Notes: generated from the sequence alone by a model not told the origin. A stretch of 64,000 nucleotides of DNA from Patescibacteria group bacterium (GCA_041666325.1 JBAYHC010000001.1:329708-393707), one strand, 5' to 3'. Shown: positions 35,326-44,666, numbered from the stretch's first letter. Program-made: numbers and translations.

Positions 35326-37878
35326 CTAAACGATATCCCTGATCCCAATCATAATTTTGTCGCCTTTTTTGGCCTTGCCTGAAAGAATTTGATTAGCAAG
35401 ATAATCCTCAACCTTCTCCTGAATAACTCGCTGCATTGGACGCGCCCCCATCTTCGGGTCAAAGCCCATTTTGGCTAACTCCGCCACAGTCTCGGGAGCA
35501 ATCTCAACCTCTATCCCCTTATTCTCTCTAACTGTGTTTTGGAGATTGGAGATCATCAGCCCGGCGATTGAGTTAATTTCTGCAGGAGAGAGTGGTGAGA
35601 ACGCAACTATTTGAGTAAAGCGGTTCAAAAACTCCGGTCGATAAATGTTCTCTTGCTGCAGGTACTCAATCAGAGTTTCCTTGACCTTGCCATAGTCTGT
35701 GCCACTGTTTATAGATTGTCGTATGAGGTTAGAGCCGGCGTTAGAAGTGCAAATAATTATCGTGTTGGTAAAGGCAACCTTTCGACCGAAGCCATCTGTA
35801 AGGTGTCCCTCATCTAAAACCTGCAAAAATAAATCTAGAATATCACGATGCGCCTTCTCTATTTCATCGAAAAGAAGCAAAGAAAATGGATGTTCTCGAA
35901 CAGCTACCGTCAATGTTCCCTGAACATCTTCTCCCGAGATATTTGATCCGATAAATCTGTATATATCCTCCTTGTTCTGGTATTCAGACATATCAAATCT
36001 TATCATGCGACCCTCATCACCGAAGTAAGAAGCAGCCAGCGCCTTCGCAGTTTCAGTTTTTCCAACACCAGTTGGACCCAGAAAGAGAAAAGATCCGATC
36101 GGCTTTTTGCTATTTACCACCCCTGCACGAACCCTCTTAAGAGCGTTCGCAATTGCCTTCACTGCTTCGGCTTGACCGACAACTCGCTTGTGCATCTCCT
36201 CCTCAAGGTGAAGCAGCTTGTCTTTTTCATCCTGGCCAGCCTCGCTTGCTGGAACATCATATTTATCAGTCACATACTCCTTGATATCCTTGGGCAACAC
36301 AATAGTTCTCCCCCGCTCCGAGGCTGCACGTGTAGCCGAGCCGTCCAAAAGGTTTATTGACTTCTCAGGGTTAGGGACGCTCAGAATATATTTATCTGCA
36401 GCTACAACAGTCTCCTTGATTGCCTCATATGAGATTACTACCTTGGCCCTTGCCTCTATTGCTGGCACCACATCCTCGAGAATGCGAATCGTTTCAGCTC
36501 GGCCCGACTCATCAACAGTCACCCTAGTGAAGCGCTCGGCTAGAGCAGTATTGGAGGCAACCAGTCCGTTAAATGTTGCCACATCCGAGGTGGCAACAAT
36601 GTTCATGTCGGGATAATCAAGAAAGGGCAGAAGCAGCTCGATTGCGTTTATGCTCCCAGCACTCTCGTTTGAAAGAAGATTCTGAATATTTTCAATAAAA
36701 ACAATAATATTGCCGGCTGAGATAATCTCAGCGAAGAGTGAGTTGATTGCATTCGCAGCGGCTTCGCCCTGGTAGGTTGCTATCAATGATTCCAGGTTGA
36801 CCTCAATCAAATGTTTATACGCCAGATGATCACCGATGTTTCCATCGGCTATCTGCTTTGCCAAGCCCAAAACAGTTGTCCTCTTGCCCACGCCCGCTTC
36901 TCCAACCAAAATCGCATTGCCACTATTCTGACGCATGAGAGCTTCAGCAATTTCCTTTATTTCCTTCTCTCGCCCAATTATCTCAATGCCAAGCCCTCTG
37001 GTCTGTATGGAGGCTGTTAGATCGTGGCCGAACTGATCAAGCATTGGGGTATATCCATATGCCCAATCCCGCCCGATACCCCCAGTGAAACGAAAACGTT
37101 TCGGGTCAAGAAACCTGTGCCCCTCCAAACTTTTCCGTATAAGACTTGTCTGCCAATACACTACGTGCGCAAGATCTGCCACCGTCAATTTAAGATCTTC
37201 AATTAACTTCGCGAACAATGGATCCACCTTTGCCAGGGCAACCAAAACATCGCCAACCTCAATCTGGTGGTGTTCCTCAGCCACGGCAACCTCCAGCGCC
37301 TGTCGCAAAACCTCCGGGACGGTCTCGACACCAGCGTAATCATTGAGCAATGATTCAATTGCATCATGACCCACGCCCAACCTGAACAGAAGGAAGTCAA
37401 TGCTTTTTGAGCCGAGTAGAGCATGCGCCAGGTCCTTGGTAGTGTTGGTTTTTTTTGAATTAGAGAAAATCCCCCTGGTTGACTTAGCTAAATCAAACGA
37501 GAAAAGAGAAAAATAGTTAACTGTCTCCCCCTTCGTCAATTTGCCCTTGGCTTCCAAGAGCGGCACGACCTTGGGATATTTCAGCTTCTCGAGATAGAAA
37601 GCACGAAGTGGCAAATAGTAGATGAAGAGACCAGCAACAAGTGATGAAAGGCCAAGATATCGCTCTCTCATATCCTCCTCGTCCAGTGATGACTCCGCTA
37701 GTTGAGACAGCGAGGCTGGGCCAAAAATTGAGACTACTATATATAGGATAGACAAAAATCCTGCAATCCAAAAAATGACCAGCAATAACCTGATTAACGG
37801 GTTTGAGGCATAGCGGTCGAAAACCAAGCTCTGCCCAATCAGAGTGCCGCCTGAATTTGTTGTTGATTTTTCAGCCAT
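35326..37878 (-). CDS. membrane-anchored two-ring Clp/Hsp100 AAA+ ATPase
   Basis: Two N-terminal TMs, Clp-N-like segment, GEAGVGK, GPTGVGKTE, RFDMSEY, DEIEKAH, RPEFLNR, GARP. Confidence 0.9.
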   Translation of the reverse strand: MAEKSTTNSGGTLIGQSLVFDRYASNPLIRLLLVIFWIAGFLSILYIVVSIFGPASLSQLAESSLDEEDMRERYLGLSSLVAGLFIYYLPLRAFYLEKLKYPKVVPLLEAKGKLTKGETVNYFSLFSFDLAKSTRGIFSNSKKTNTTKDLAHALLGSKSIDFLLFRLGVGHDAIESLLNDYAGVETVPEVLRQALEVAVAEEHHQIEVGDVLVALAKVDPLFAKLIEDLKLTVADLAHVVYWQTSLIRKSLEGHRFLDPKRFRFTGGIGRDWAYGYTPMLDQFGHDLTASIQTRGLGIEIIGREKEIKEIAEALMRQNSGNAILVGEAGVGKRTTVLGLAKQIADGNIGDHLAYKHLIEVNLESLIATYQGEAAANAINSLFAEIISAGNIIVFIENIQNLLSNESAGSINAIELLLPFLDYPDMNIVATSDVATFNGLVASNTALAERFTRVTVDESGRAETIRILEDVVPAIEARAKVVISYEAIKETVVAADKYILSVPNPEKSINLLDGSATRAASERGRTIVLPKDIKEYVTDKYDVPASEAGQDEKDKLLHLEEEMHKRVVGQAEAVKAIANALKRVRAGVVNSKKPIGSFLFLGPTGVGKTETAKALAASYFGDEGRMIRFDMSEYQNKEDIYRFIGSNISGEDVQGTLTVAVREHPFSLLLFDEIEKAHRDILDLFLQVLDEGHLTDGFGRKVAFTNTIIICTSNAGSNLIRQSINSGTDYGKVKETLIEYLQQENIYRPEFLNRFTQIVAFSPLSPAEINSIAGLMISNLQNTVRENKGIEVEIAPETVAELAKMGFDPKMGARPMQRVIQEKVEDYLANQILSGKAKKGDKIMIGIRDIV

Positions 37879-37879
37879 C

Positions 37880-38272
37880 TTACCAGCCTATCAATATTCT
37901 TAATCCGTTCAGCGCAAAAGCTATGCCTATTATCGGCCAAGCAATCCAGACCACAATCGCTATGATCGAACAAACTATTCCTGTAACAAAAATTAGAAGG
38001 AAGGCAATAATAGTAAAAGCTTTAACCATGAAACCAATGAGTCTTGAGGCAGCATTCAGGCCCCAAACATGGAACATCTCTTGCAAGCTTAAACCCTGCG
38101 TTCCGGTCTGGTCTCTGCGCCAAGGGGCAAACAGCGTTTTAAGGCAAATCCTGAGTGAAAACATATCGGCCAAATATGCCAGAAAGCGTTTTTGGAATAC
38201 AAAAAGCTTGGTGAGCGCCTCGCCGTACCACCAACCAAAAAAAATTAGGACTAATGTGTTTTTCCTCTCCAT
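37880..38272 (-). CDS. membrane protein coupled to the Clp ATPase
   Basis: WWYG...LKTLFAPWRR, C-terminal TMs; stop 1 bp before the ATPase start. Confidence 0.8.
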   Translation of the reverse strand: MERKNTLVLIFFGWWYGEALTKLFVFQKRFLAYLADMFSLRICLKTLFAPWRRDQTGTQGLSLQEMFHVWGLNAASRLIGFMVKAFTIIAFLLIFVTGIVCSIIAIVVWIAWPIIGIAFALNGLRILIGW

Positions 38273-38441
38273 ATTTTTCCTAGCTCATTATACAGCAAAT
38301 ATACCGATAAGGGAAAAGTGCATTCAGAAGGATACTCCAGAACCACCTCATACTTGAGACTACTACCATAAATTAGTTGTTTCTGATTGACAAATTATAT
38401 CATAATACTATCGAAAATCAATCTATATTGCCTCTTAGGCC

Positions 38442-38470
38442 TTGACAAAGTATCGCTTAATTGATACAAT
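38442..38470 (+). promoter_or_regulatory. sigma70 promoter for a small ORF
   Basis: TTGACA, 17-bp spacer, TG-n-TACAAT. Confidence 0.8.
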
Positions 38471-38524
38471 GTTATAATTTCCAAATATGGAAAGGAATAT
38501 AAGAAAGCATTAACAGGAGGAACA

Positions 38525-38674
38525 ATGAAAGAAAAATTACACACTGACATAGTCCGAGTTGGCACCAAGAGTGTAGATCATAATGATCTTAGCGCCATTG
38601 AGGCCACCGCAATGAGTATCGTCGCCATTCTGTCCATCACACTCGGCACGATCTACGGCAGTCTAATGTTCTAA
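38525..38674 (+). CDS. 49-aa small protein with C-terminal TM (not in ORF track)
   Basis: AGGAGG RBS; MKEKLHTDIVRVGTKSVDHNDLSAIEATAMSIVAILSITLGTIYGSLMF; own promoter and terminator. Confidence 0.75.
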   Translation: MKEKLHTDIVRVGTKSVDHNDLSAIEATAMSIVAILSITLGTIYGSLMF

Positions 38675-38694
38675 CCAGAACAAACATTACCAAC

Positions 38695-38727
38695 AAAAAT
38701 CCGCACTAAACTTGCGGATTTTTGTTT
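38695..38727. terminator. bidirectional terminator
   Basis: AAAAATCCGC...GCGGATTTTT. Confidence 0.75.
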
Positions 38728-38742
38728 TATCCACGAGCAGAG

Positions 38743-38988
38743 TTACCCGGCTCGTTTAATCAATCGCAGAAGTGTCTGCAGCTCGGAGGATAAGGATGGG
38801 TTATCTTTGGATTTCTCATCGATCATCTCCTCAACGAGAGCACCGATAGTAGATCCGACCGAAGATCTCACAGCCTCAAGCTGAATCAAGATTTCCGTTG
38901 CAGGCTTTTCCTTGCCAAGCATGTCGCCAATGCCGCGAACTTGGCCCTCGATACGGCGCAAGCGGTTATAGATCGGCTGATGTTTCAT
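38743..38988 (-). CDS. CsoR/RcnR-family repressor lacking metal ligands
   Basis: NRLRRIEGQVRGI...ILIQLEAVRS; no Cys in the protein. Confidence 0.85.
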   Translation of the reverse strand: MKHQPIYNRLRRIEGQVRGIGDMLGKEKPATEILIQLEAVRSSVGSTIGALVEEMIDEKSKDNPSLSSELQTLLRLIKRAG

Positions 38989-39091
38989 GGGCCTCCTAAT
39001 AACAAGTAAGCAACGAACACCGGAAAGGATATCACACTCAATCGAAGATCTGCCGACTGTTAGTATCCAACTTTTTGCCTTTCGGTTGGCC

Positions 39092-39174
39092 TGTGGATAA
39101 GCCTATCTTATCCACTACTATACCCCTCCCTTTCCACAGTATACCCCAGGGGGGTATGTATCAAGTGTGGATAA
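39092..39174. promoter_or_regulatory. CsoR-type operator embedded in DnaA-box-like 9-mers
   Basis: ATACCCCAGGGGGGTAT (39141-39157); TGTGGATAA at 39092 and 39166, TTATCCACT at 39108, CTTTCCACA at 39130. Confidence 0.65.
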
Positions 39175-39195
39175 AACCGCTTTTCTGGGGAAAAC

Positions 39196-39221
39196 AAAAT
39201 GCCCCCAGTGGGGGGCATTTT
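39196..39221 (-). terminator. terminator after the RRM gene
   Basis: AAAATGCCCCC-AGTG-GGGGCATTTT hairpin. Confidence 0.7.
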
Positions 39222-39239
39222 GCCATTTAGGTTCGCCGC

Positions 39240-39554
39240 TTATTCAGCGTCGTGTTCTTCTCGCTCTTTGCGAGCACGTGCGAAGCTAACTTTGATTGGA
39301 CGTCCGGCAATTTCCTTGCCATCCATCTCGGCCAGGGCCTTAGCGGCATCGTCGACATTTGTGTATCGAACAAAACCATATCCCTTTGATCGGCCTGTAT
39401 CTGGATAACGAATGACGACTGCTTCAACAATCTCTCCGAAAGGAGCGAATGCTTCTTGCAGGTCTTCGTTGGTAGCAGCCCAAGCTAAGCTTCCGATAAA
39501 CAGATTCTCACTTGGTTCGGCTTCAACGTCCTCGTCTCTTGTATCTTGATCCAT
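39240..39554 (-). CDS. RRM RNA-binding protein
   Basis: RNP2 LFIGSL, RNP1 KGYGFVRY; likely start MDQD. Confidence 0.9.
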   Translation of the reverse strand: MDQDTRDEDVEAEPSENLFIGSLAWAATNEDLQEAFAPFGEIVEAVVIRYPDTGRSKGYGFVRYTNVDDAAKALAEMDGKEIAGRPIKVSFARARKEREEHDAE

Positions 39555-39687
39555 TGTAACCTTCTTTGATCTCACTCTTGACGCTTGCCTCGAGCAATTG
39601 CTTGCCACAAGACTTCATCGTACATGAGTTCCTTTTACTATTACCCACAAACACGCATCGACCAAGGCGTATTTATGTATAATAATA

Positions 39688-40434
39688 CTAATCAAGGAAA
39701 AGAAGCAAACCCATTACCCCAATACCCAAAATCATCGAAATGAACTGCCACAGAGACAACTGCCAACGCTCTTCTTTGTGCAACTCGGGAACAAGTCCCG
39801 ACAGCGCGATATAAATAAAACCACCAATCGTCAGCGGTACCACAAATGCAACAAAAGCCTCCGCATCCTGGCCAATGAAGTAAGCGATTACACCGCCTGC
39901 GATCGCGATGCTGCCAGAGATAAGATTATAAAAGATTGCTCGCCCTCGATTGAAACCTGAGTGAAGCAGAATGCCAAAATCGCCCAGTTCCTGCGGAATC
40001 TCATGCAAAGCAACTGCAACAGTAGTGGTAATTCCCAGTGGCATTGAAACAAGAAAACTTGCTCCAATAAGGATTCCATCAATAAAATTGTGAAATCCGT
40101 CTCCAACAAGATTTAGAACACCAAGATATCGGGGATGCTCTTCACATTCAATATCGTGGCAATGACGCCAGTGAAGAAATTTTTCGAGTGCGAAGAAGAA
40201 TAGGATTCCGGAGAGTATCGAAATTGAGTTTAGTAACGTCAGGGAACCTGTCCGCTCAACTGTTTCAGGCAAAAGGTGGAGAAAAGCATCACCGATCAGG
40301 GCACCGGTCGAAAAAGCGACAAAAAAGAGGAGGAGTTTTTTGAGTGCTTCCTCTTTGATAAATAATGTTATCGCTCCAACAAAGGATATGAGCGAAACGA
40401 TAACAACACTAACGATTGTATAAGCTAAAACCAT
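39688..40434 (-). CDS. ZIP family metal transporter
   Basis: HLLPE, HNFIDG, HEIPQE, WRHCH loop. Confidence 0.92.
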   Translation of the reverse strand: MVLAYTIVSVVIVSLISFVGAITLFIKEEALKKLLLFFVAFSTGALIGDAFLHLLPETVERTGSLTLLNSISILSGILFFFALEKFLHWRHCHDIECEEHPRYLGVLNLVGDGFHNFIDGILIGASFLVSMPLGITTTVAVALHEIPQELGDFGILLHSGFNRGRAIFYNLISGSIAIAGGVIAYFIGQDAEAFVAFVVPLTIGGFIYIALSGLVPELHKEERWQLSLWQFISMILGIGVMGLLLFLD

Positions 40435-40553
40435 GCGAACTCGTATACAAACCTTCTATAACAAGACACAAAGTAATGTGACAACGATACACGGCGTTAT
40501 AAGAAACGAAGTGCACTTATTGCTAACAATGATATATATAACTGCGCAAAAAA

Positions 40554-41336
40554 TCAATGTTTATGCGACATTTCAAGATCTATCCCGAGCGGACAATGGT
40601 CTGACCCCAAAACATCAGACAAAATAGATGCACCGGAAACACTCACAGATAAGGTTTTGCTCACAAAGATATAGTCAATGCGCCAGCCCAAATTTCTCGT
40701 CCTAGCATCGGCCATGTATGGCCACCACGTGTAATAGCCAGCTCCATCGGGACGAAAATGGCGAAAACTGTCAATAAAGCCGATACTGATTAGTTCGTCT
40801 AACTGCGCCCTCTCTTCTGGGGTAAACATTATGTTGTCTTTGTTCTGCTTTGGCCGCGCAAGATCAATCTCCCCGTGAGCAATGTTAAAATCGCCCGCAA
40901 GCACCACGTTCCGGTTCTGTTCTTCGGACAAATATCGCTGCAAGTGTCGATAGCAATCAAGTTTATATTCTAAATTTTCCTTTTGCCTGCCGCCATGAGG
41001 AAGATACAGATTGATGAGATTAAAGTCATCAAACTCAAGTTCTAGTATTCTCCCCTCCTGATCAAACCGATCAGAAAAAGATGGCCTAGAAACATTCTTT
41101 GGTTTCTTTTTTGTATAAACCGCGACTCCGGCATAGCCGGGCTTTGCGGCACAATTAAAAAATGCGTGGTAGCGATCAATGTTCTTGAGCCCTGCCGGAA
41201 TAACATCTTCACCCACTTTAATCTCTTGGAGGCAAACGACATCGGCATCCTCTTTGCTGAGCCATTCCAAGAATCCTTTTTTGTATACCGAGCGCAAGCC
41301 GTTTACATTCCAAGTAACTATTTTCATATTAATCAT
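40554..41336 (-). CDS. xth: exodeoxyribonuclease III
   Basis: WNVNGLR, LQEIK, GDFNIAH, GWRIDY, SDHCP. Confidence 0.95.
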   Translation of the reverse strand: MINMKIVTWNVNGLRSVYKKGFLEWLSKEDADVVCLQEIKVGEDVIPAGLKNIDRYHAFFNCAAKPGYAGVAVYTKKKPKNVSRPSFSDRFDQEGRILELEFDDFNLINLYLPHGGRQKENLEYKLDCYRHLQRYLSEEQNRNVVLAGDFNIAHGEIDLARPKQNKDNIMFTPEERAQLDELISIGFIDSFRHFRPDGAGYYTWWPYMADARTRNLGWRIDYIFVSKTLSVSVSGASILSDVLGSDHCPLGIDLEMSHKH

Positions 41337-41890
41337 CTCAGGCCTGAGTATATCGAAAGGAACTCAGTCCAAATCCTATAAAATGGTTCAGCTATTTGCT
41401 TGACCTCTGGAATCAGTGCCACATCACGATAATCTCGGCCCAACTTAGCTATTGCCTCATCAACTCTGCCACTCTGAGCCATGTCGATGTACGGAGTGTC
41501 AGTCATGTGGCTTGCGGCATCGATGGCAGCAACAATTTTGGCTTCGATTGACTCAGGCATCACATCTTTGCATCGATGGGCCCTGACACAATGGGCAACC
41601 TTCTCAATCTTTTCCTGCGGATATTTTTTGTCAGCCAAGAAAACCTTGGCCCTCTTCTCGGACTCGACCGCATGATCGTATGTGCCATATTCCCCATCAT
41701 AGTGAGAGATGTCATGTAACCAAATCGAGAGAAAAACTATCTCGCGATCAGCTTTGGGATAGCTTTTCAACACTCTCTCTGCCCAACGAGTCATCTCTCC
41801 TGTGTGGCGAATGAGGCCGAATTTATCGAGAGGAGCAGCCTGAATAGTCTCGATAAAGTATAACTTTGTGTCATCTATTATTGTGCTCAT
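41333..41890 (-). CDS. HD-domain phosphohydrolase
   Basis: RH...WLHDI...DHA...AH...D. Confidence 0.85.
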   Translation of the reverse strand: MSTIIDDTKLYFIETIQAAPLDKFGLIRHTGEMTRWAERVLKSYPKADREIVFLSIWLHDISHYDGEYGTYDHAVESEKRAKVFLADKKYPQEKIEKVAHCVRAHRCKDVMPESIEAKIVAAIDAASHMTDTPYIDMAQSGRVDEAIAKLGRDYRDVALIPEVKQIAEPFYRIWTEFLSIYSGLR

Positions 41891-42210
41891 ACCTTCTTCC
41901 TTTCATATCGATCGTTATCTCTGCCCCAGCACTTATTCATCACACCAGTCATGCTCTCGTCTAGATCGATTTTGAGTGAATTGGCAAGACAGATCAAGGT
42001 AAATATCATGTCCCCAATCTCGTCGCTCACCTCACCGATATCCTCAGAGGGCTTTTTCTTCTTGGGTCCAAAGCGATGATTAATCTCGCGAGCTAGCTCG
42101 CCATTTTCCTCGCTCAGCCTTGCCAGTATCTCGAGCGGCTGCCAATAAGGGGTTTTGAACTGCCCAGCCCACTTATCGACCTCCTCTTGCCAATAAACCA
42201 GCTTATTCAT
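41887..42210 (-). CDS. MazG-like nucleotide pyrophosphohydrolase (YpjD-like)
   Basis: LARLSEENGELAREINH.FGPKKKK...DEIGD. Confidence 0.88.
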   Translation of the reverse strand: MNKLVYWQEEVDKWAGQFKTPYWQPLEILARLSEENGELAREINHRFGPKKKKPSEDIGEVSDEIGDMIFTLICLANSLKIDLDESMTGVMNKCWGRDNDRYERKKV

Positions 42211-42505
42211 TTTTGCCTCCTTGGTTGGCTAAATCTGCCCGGTTTGCATTATCTTGTTCAATTAAAGCAATCTTTTTTTCTCTGGTCCAGCCCTTAACTT
42301 TCTTCTCAGCGGCAATCGCCTCCGCCGGCGAATTGAATTCCTGAAACCAAACAAGCTTATAGAGTTTATAGCGTTTCGAGAAAGAGTTCTTGATTAGGCC
42401 ATTCTTGTGCTCAAATACTCTTCGGTCCAGATCATTTGTGATTCCCGTATAGAGAACGGCGTCTGTGTGATTGGTAATTATATAAACCCACCATCTTTTC
42501 TGCAT
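42203..42505 (-). CDS. stand-alone GIY-YIG nuclease
   Basis: WVYI...LYTGITNDLDRRVFEHK...AIAAEKKVKGWTREKK; likely start MQKR after AAGGAG. Confidence 0.9.
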   Translation of the reverse strand: MQKRWWVYIITNHTDAVLYTGITNDLDRRVFEHKNGLIKNSFSKRYKLYKLVWFQEFNSPAEAIAAEKKVKGWTREKKIALIEQDNANRADLANQGGKNE

Positions 42506-42520
42506 CCCCTTCTCCTTAGA

Positions 42521-42617
42521 AGTCATCCTGACCCTGACTGGTCAGGGGAAGGATCTAGGCGTAGCCGCATGCGGTCGCCGCGGCGACCTAGATTCTTCGT
42601 TAGCACTCAGAATGACT
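42521..42617. repeat. REP-like composite palindrome (GTCAT...ATGAC termini)
   Basis: AGTCATCCTGA...TCAGAATGACT termini; internal hairpins CCCTGAC/GTCAGGG and GGTCGCC/GGCGACC; GATCTAGG/CCTAGATT. Confidence 0.85.
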
Positions 42618-42669
42618 CTGCTAGAGTAAACTTTTGTTAAATTAATACTAATTGTTCACGCAACCAATC

Positions 42670-43221
42670 TTAAGCCCTTCCTGAAACAGGTTTAGTCTTG
42701 GCCATCTTTACCGTTCCGGCTGATTGCCATTTGCCATCGATAAAAACGGTTCGTGCGCCTTGATCGATTGACTGAACAACAAAACCAGCTCGCTGATAAG
42801 CTTTTATGCCGCCAATATTCAAATCACATGTGGTTAGAACAACCTGCTTCATATTCATATTATTTAGAGCGTAATCCGATAATATTTTTGTCACCTCCGT
42901 GCCTATCCCCTTGCCCCAATATTTCTTCTCGCAGATAAATATCCCAAACTCACATGCATCACCAGTAAAGTGAGATAAGCTTGTCCAACCAATTGGGATA
43001 TCACTGTCAATCAGGTAAATGCCCCAGAATATACTGTCTTCAAGTTTCTTAAAAAATTGTTTTACCTCAAGCCCAGTTTTGAAATCGCAAGTTTTCTTAT
43101 AGAAACCAACAAATTTCATCACTTCTGGATCGATTATCCATCCCAGAATTCGTCCAAAATCAAAATCGGTTTCTTTCTGCCATTGCCTTAGTTCGACTTT
43201 TTCACCAATCAACATACCCAT
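42670..43221 (-). CDS. GNAT acetyltransferase (RimL-like)
   Basis: YWGKGIG, N..GIKAYQRAGF. Confidence 0.85.
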   Translation of the reverse strand: MGMLIGEKVELRQWQKETDFDFGRILGWIIDPEVMKFVGFYKKTCDFKTGLEVKQFFKKLEDSIFWGIYLIDSDIPIGWTSLSHFTGDACEFGIFICEKKYWGKGIGTEVTKILSDYALNNMNMKQVVLTTCDLNIGGIKAYQRAGFVVQSIDQGARTVFIDGKWQSAGTVKMAKTKPVSGRA

Positions 43222-43325
43222 TGTTTTTAAGTATAGAACTAAGTTTTTGTCTCATCAAGACTTGATAAAGTAGCCGAAATGCTGTAAAACAAACATGGCT
43301 CAACTAGAGCTCAAGGAGGAGACTC

Positions 43326-43913
43326 ATGCCGGAGCACGACGAGGCGACAATCGCCAAACGCGGCTTGATCGAAATTGTTTTGCCAAAAGATACCGAAATT
43401 AGCGATCATACTGCTGACGTTGTTCGTAGAATACTTAGGCAGTGTCAGCGTCAAGTTAGTACCATTGTCCTCGGAGTATCAAGTCGTCGTGGCCCGATCT
43501 CGTCGCTTGTTATCAGTGGCACCTTGGTCGGCGGCGATAGCCGCGGGCTTTATCTTGGAGCAATTGGAGTACCAACTGAAGTTGAGGGCAGAAGATTAAG
43601 TTTTGTTGCCCTTGATGACCTCTACCAAGGCGAGCCTGGCGCTCCAGTCAGATATCCAATTTCAACTCAGGTGATCGGTTGCGAGATTCGCAGAGATGAT
43701 CACGTGACACTTCGGCTAGAGCCGGTCAGGATCACCAGCAAAACAACTATCACCCACCTTAGCCACCCTTGCCCCGAACGCGACGGTCGCGAGATCAAGC
43801 ATCGCGGCATGGCTGATTGGATTGCTGGCATTACCACGAATGAACCAGAAGCGGACCAGGAAGACTTCCAGACCTATTTCTCGGTTCAAACTGGCAGCAT
43901 TGAGTTCGTTTGA
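43326..43913 (+). CDS. hypothetical protein
   Basis: AGGAGG RBS, 195 aa, followed by a terminator; no recognisable motif. Confidence 0.65.
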   Translation: MPEHDEATIAKRGLIEIVLPKDTEISDHTADVVRRILRQCQRQVSTIVLGVSSRRGPISSLVISGTLVGGDSRGLYLGAIGVPTEVEGRRLSFVALDDLYQGEPGAPVRYPISTQVIGCEIRRDDHVTLRLEPVRITSKTTITHLSHPCPERDGREIKHRGMADWIAGITTNEPEADQEDFQTYFSVQTGSIEFV

Positions 43914-43929
43914 CCGATTGAGTTACCGC

Positions 43930-43958
43930 ACCCCGACTTCCCTCGGGGTCGTTTTTTT
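43930..43958 (+). terminator. intrinsic terminator
   Basis: ACCCCGA-CTTCCC-TCGGGGT followed by a T-run. Confidence 0.7.
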
Positions 43959-43969
43959 GTTCCAAAGGA

Positions 43970-44662
43970 TTAGCGTATGCCAACTTCCTTGACATATCGT
44001 TGCATAATTAGCTTCGCTTGCTCGAGCTCTTCGCCGGAAAAAGGTTGCATCTTCATGGCCTCATCGTTATGTTTAGATTGGACAAAGTTTTGAATAAAGT
44101 AGAGGCGCGCACCAGTGATCATCTCCCCCATGCCGTCAAAATCACCCATTGAGTGGAGTGGCTTAGCGATTGTAGTTCTAAACTCATAATCGATGCCTGA
44201 ATTCATGATCAGATCTATGCTTCTTGTCACCTTCTCCTCGAGATTCTGGATAAGCGACCTGCTCACCTCCCGATAACGCTTTAGCGGTGCCTTAATATCG
44301 GTAGCGATATAATCAACAGCTCCCTCCTTTATCACCGCCTCCAATCTGTCCGGAAATGAACCGTTGGTGTCCAATTTAACCAAATAACCCAGATCCTTCA
44401 TCCTCACAATAAATTCGCCAATATCAGCAAACATCATCGGCTCGCCACCGGTGATACAAACTGCTTCGAGTCTGCCACGACGGCTCTTTAGAAAATCGAA
44501 AAACTCCTCCAAGTCCATCTCGGGCAGAAACTTCTCAGGCAAAACCAGCTCTGGGTTATGGCAAAACGGACAACGAAAAGTGCAGCCACGGGTGAAAACC
44601 GTGGCTGCAACTTTGCCGGGATAGTCTACAAGGGTTGTTTTTTGAAGTCCTGCAATAATCAT
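43970..44662 (-). CDS. nrdG: anaerobic ribonucleotide reductase activating enzyme (radical SAM)
   Basis: GCTFRCPFCHNP, ITGGEP, KLDTNGS; directly downstream of nrdD. Confidence 0.88.
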   Translation of the reverse strand: MIIAGLQKTTLVDYPGKVAATVFTRGCTFRCPFCHNPELVLPEKFLPEMDLEEFFDFLKSRRGRLEAVCITGGEPMMFADIGEFIVRMKDLGYLVKLDTNGSFPDRLEAVIKEGAVDYIATDIKAPLKRYREVSRSLIQNLEEKVTRSIDLIMNSGIDYEFRTTIAKPLHSMGDFDGMGEMITGARLYFIQNFVQSKHNDEAMKMQPFSGEELEQAKLIMQRYVKEVGIR

Positions 44663-44666
44663 ATTT

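Noticed and set aside
39092-39174. Replication origin
   Set aside because: Short region with no AT-rich unwinding element, no dnaA/dnaN nearby and no switch in gene strand bias
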